Positions 7,201 through 7,896 of a DNA stretch of 7,896 nt are shown piece by piece (within the stretch, counting starts at the first letter, position 1; every line of letters begins with the position of its first letter). The notes beneath the pieces are model-generated. The model had not been told where the DNA came from. It did no database searches and was given only the letters and a program-made list of their open reading frames with translations. Both the position numbers and the translations under genes were made by a program. The DNA is taken from assembly GCA_000388065.2 (NCBI GenBank), contig KB932239.1. One strand, written 5' to 3'. Source of the stretch: Fonticula alba ATCC 38817 (Eukaryota; Protista; Nucleariida).

Positions 7201-7840
7201 GAGGGAGGGGGGGGGGGGGGGGTGAGGGAAAGGCGGATGGGAGGCGGAGAGTGGGGAGTGCTCTTCCGACCGATGCCTGACGCGGTAGTCCACCGACAGT
7301 GGGGAACATAGCCTCTTTCCACACCTGCGCGCCAACCCATGACGGCGGTGGGCACAAGCCTCCTCGCATGTGAGCGGGTAGAAGGGGGGGCAGGGGGGGG
7401 GGCGGCGAGTCTATGTGACACCGTGCAAGGCTGGATCTGGCGCGGTGTCCGCCGGCGGGCCTCGGGGAGGATCGGGTCGTGCACGGCTCTGTCCTCCGCG
7501 GCGGGGTGAATCGTGTTGTGGGCGGGGCATCGCTGCGCAAGCTGGCGGCCCGGGGTGGTATACACGGTCCCGGGAGTGTGACGCATCTAGGAAGGGAAAA
7601 GAAAGCGCCAGCGGGAGGCGGGGGGGAGCGAATAAAGTGAGTCTGGATGAGAAGGCCGGCAAAAGGCCGGCGCGGCCGAATCCCGCCAACTGTGGGTGGC
7701 TGCTGGCCAACCGGCAGTTGGGGCCCGAGGACAACACGCAGCAGACACCTCCCAGGGCAGCCACACCCCCGAGGGCATGATGGCTGGACGTGGAAAAACA
7801 CGCCAGCCCGTTTCTCCGGCTCTCTCGGGCCACCGCCGGC

Positions 7841-7884
7841 CGTCCGGCCGTGCGTCCGGCAGTGCGTCCGGCCGTGCGTCCGGC
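7841..7884. repeat. 12-bp tandem repeat CGTCCGGC(C/A)GTG, about 3.7 copies
   Basis: Units at 7841, 7853 and 7865, partial unit at 7877. Confidence 0.9.
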
Positions 7885-7896
7885 TGCCCCCCCCCC

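Noticed and set aside
7631-7721. AATAAA followed by GTGAGT on the + strand, and inverted CCAACTG/CAGTTGG (Myb-like) at 7686-7721
   Set aside because: These are isolated short motifs with no supporting + strand gene model in the window.
6614-7801. 395-aa minus ORF in phase with both candidate upstream donors
   Set aside because: It translates microsatellites as poly-R/poly-C/poly-P with no recognisable domain. Long open frames are expected at this GC content, so it is treated as non-coding leader.

Overview
GC-rich eukaryotic genomic DNA. It has spliceosomal GT-AG introns, CAG/GCC microsatellites and long G/C homopolymers. The style suggests a unicellular holomycotan such as Fonticula, but that is inference only. 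Most of the window is one minus-strand gene. Splicing joins the two big ORFs of the track (4763..6571 and 421..5088) through a 69-nt middle exon in a third frame: exons 6571..5291, 5072..5004 and 4827..421, about 1918 aa. The splicing rebuilds three C2H2 zinc fingers with a tandem CWCH2 pair. Fingers 1 and 3 and the linkers resemble fungal PacC/Rim101, while finger 2 has GLI-type spacing. The rest of the protein is low-complexity with five polyQ tracts. Upstream (6572-7896) is probably 5' UTR/promoter, with candidate UTR introns, a (TG)12 microsatellite and a 12-bp tandem repeat. Bases 1-420, right after the stop codon, look foreign: 55% GC by count, no microsatellites, and tiled almost end to end with stem-loops whose G-U wobbles work on the + strand. 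I cannot identify this region. Reference protein sequences used for comparison are recalled from memory, not searched.
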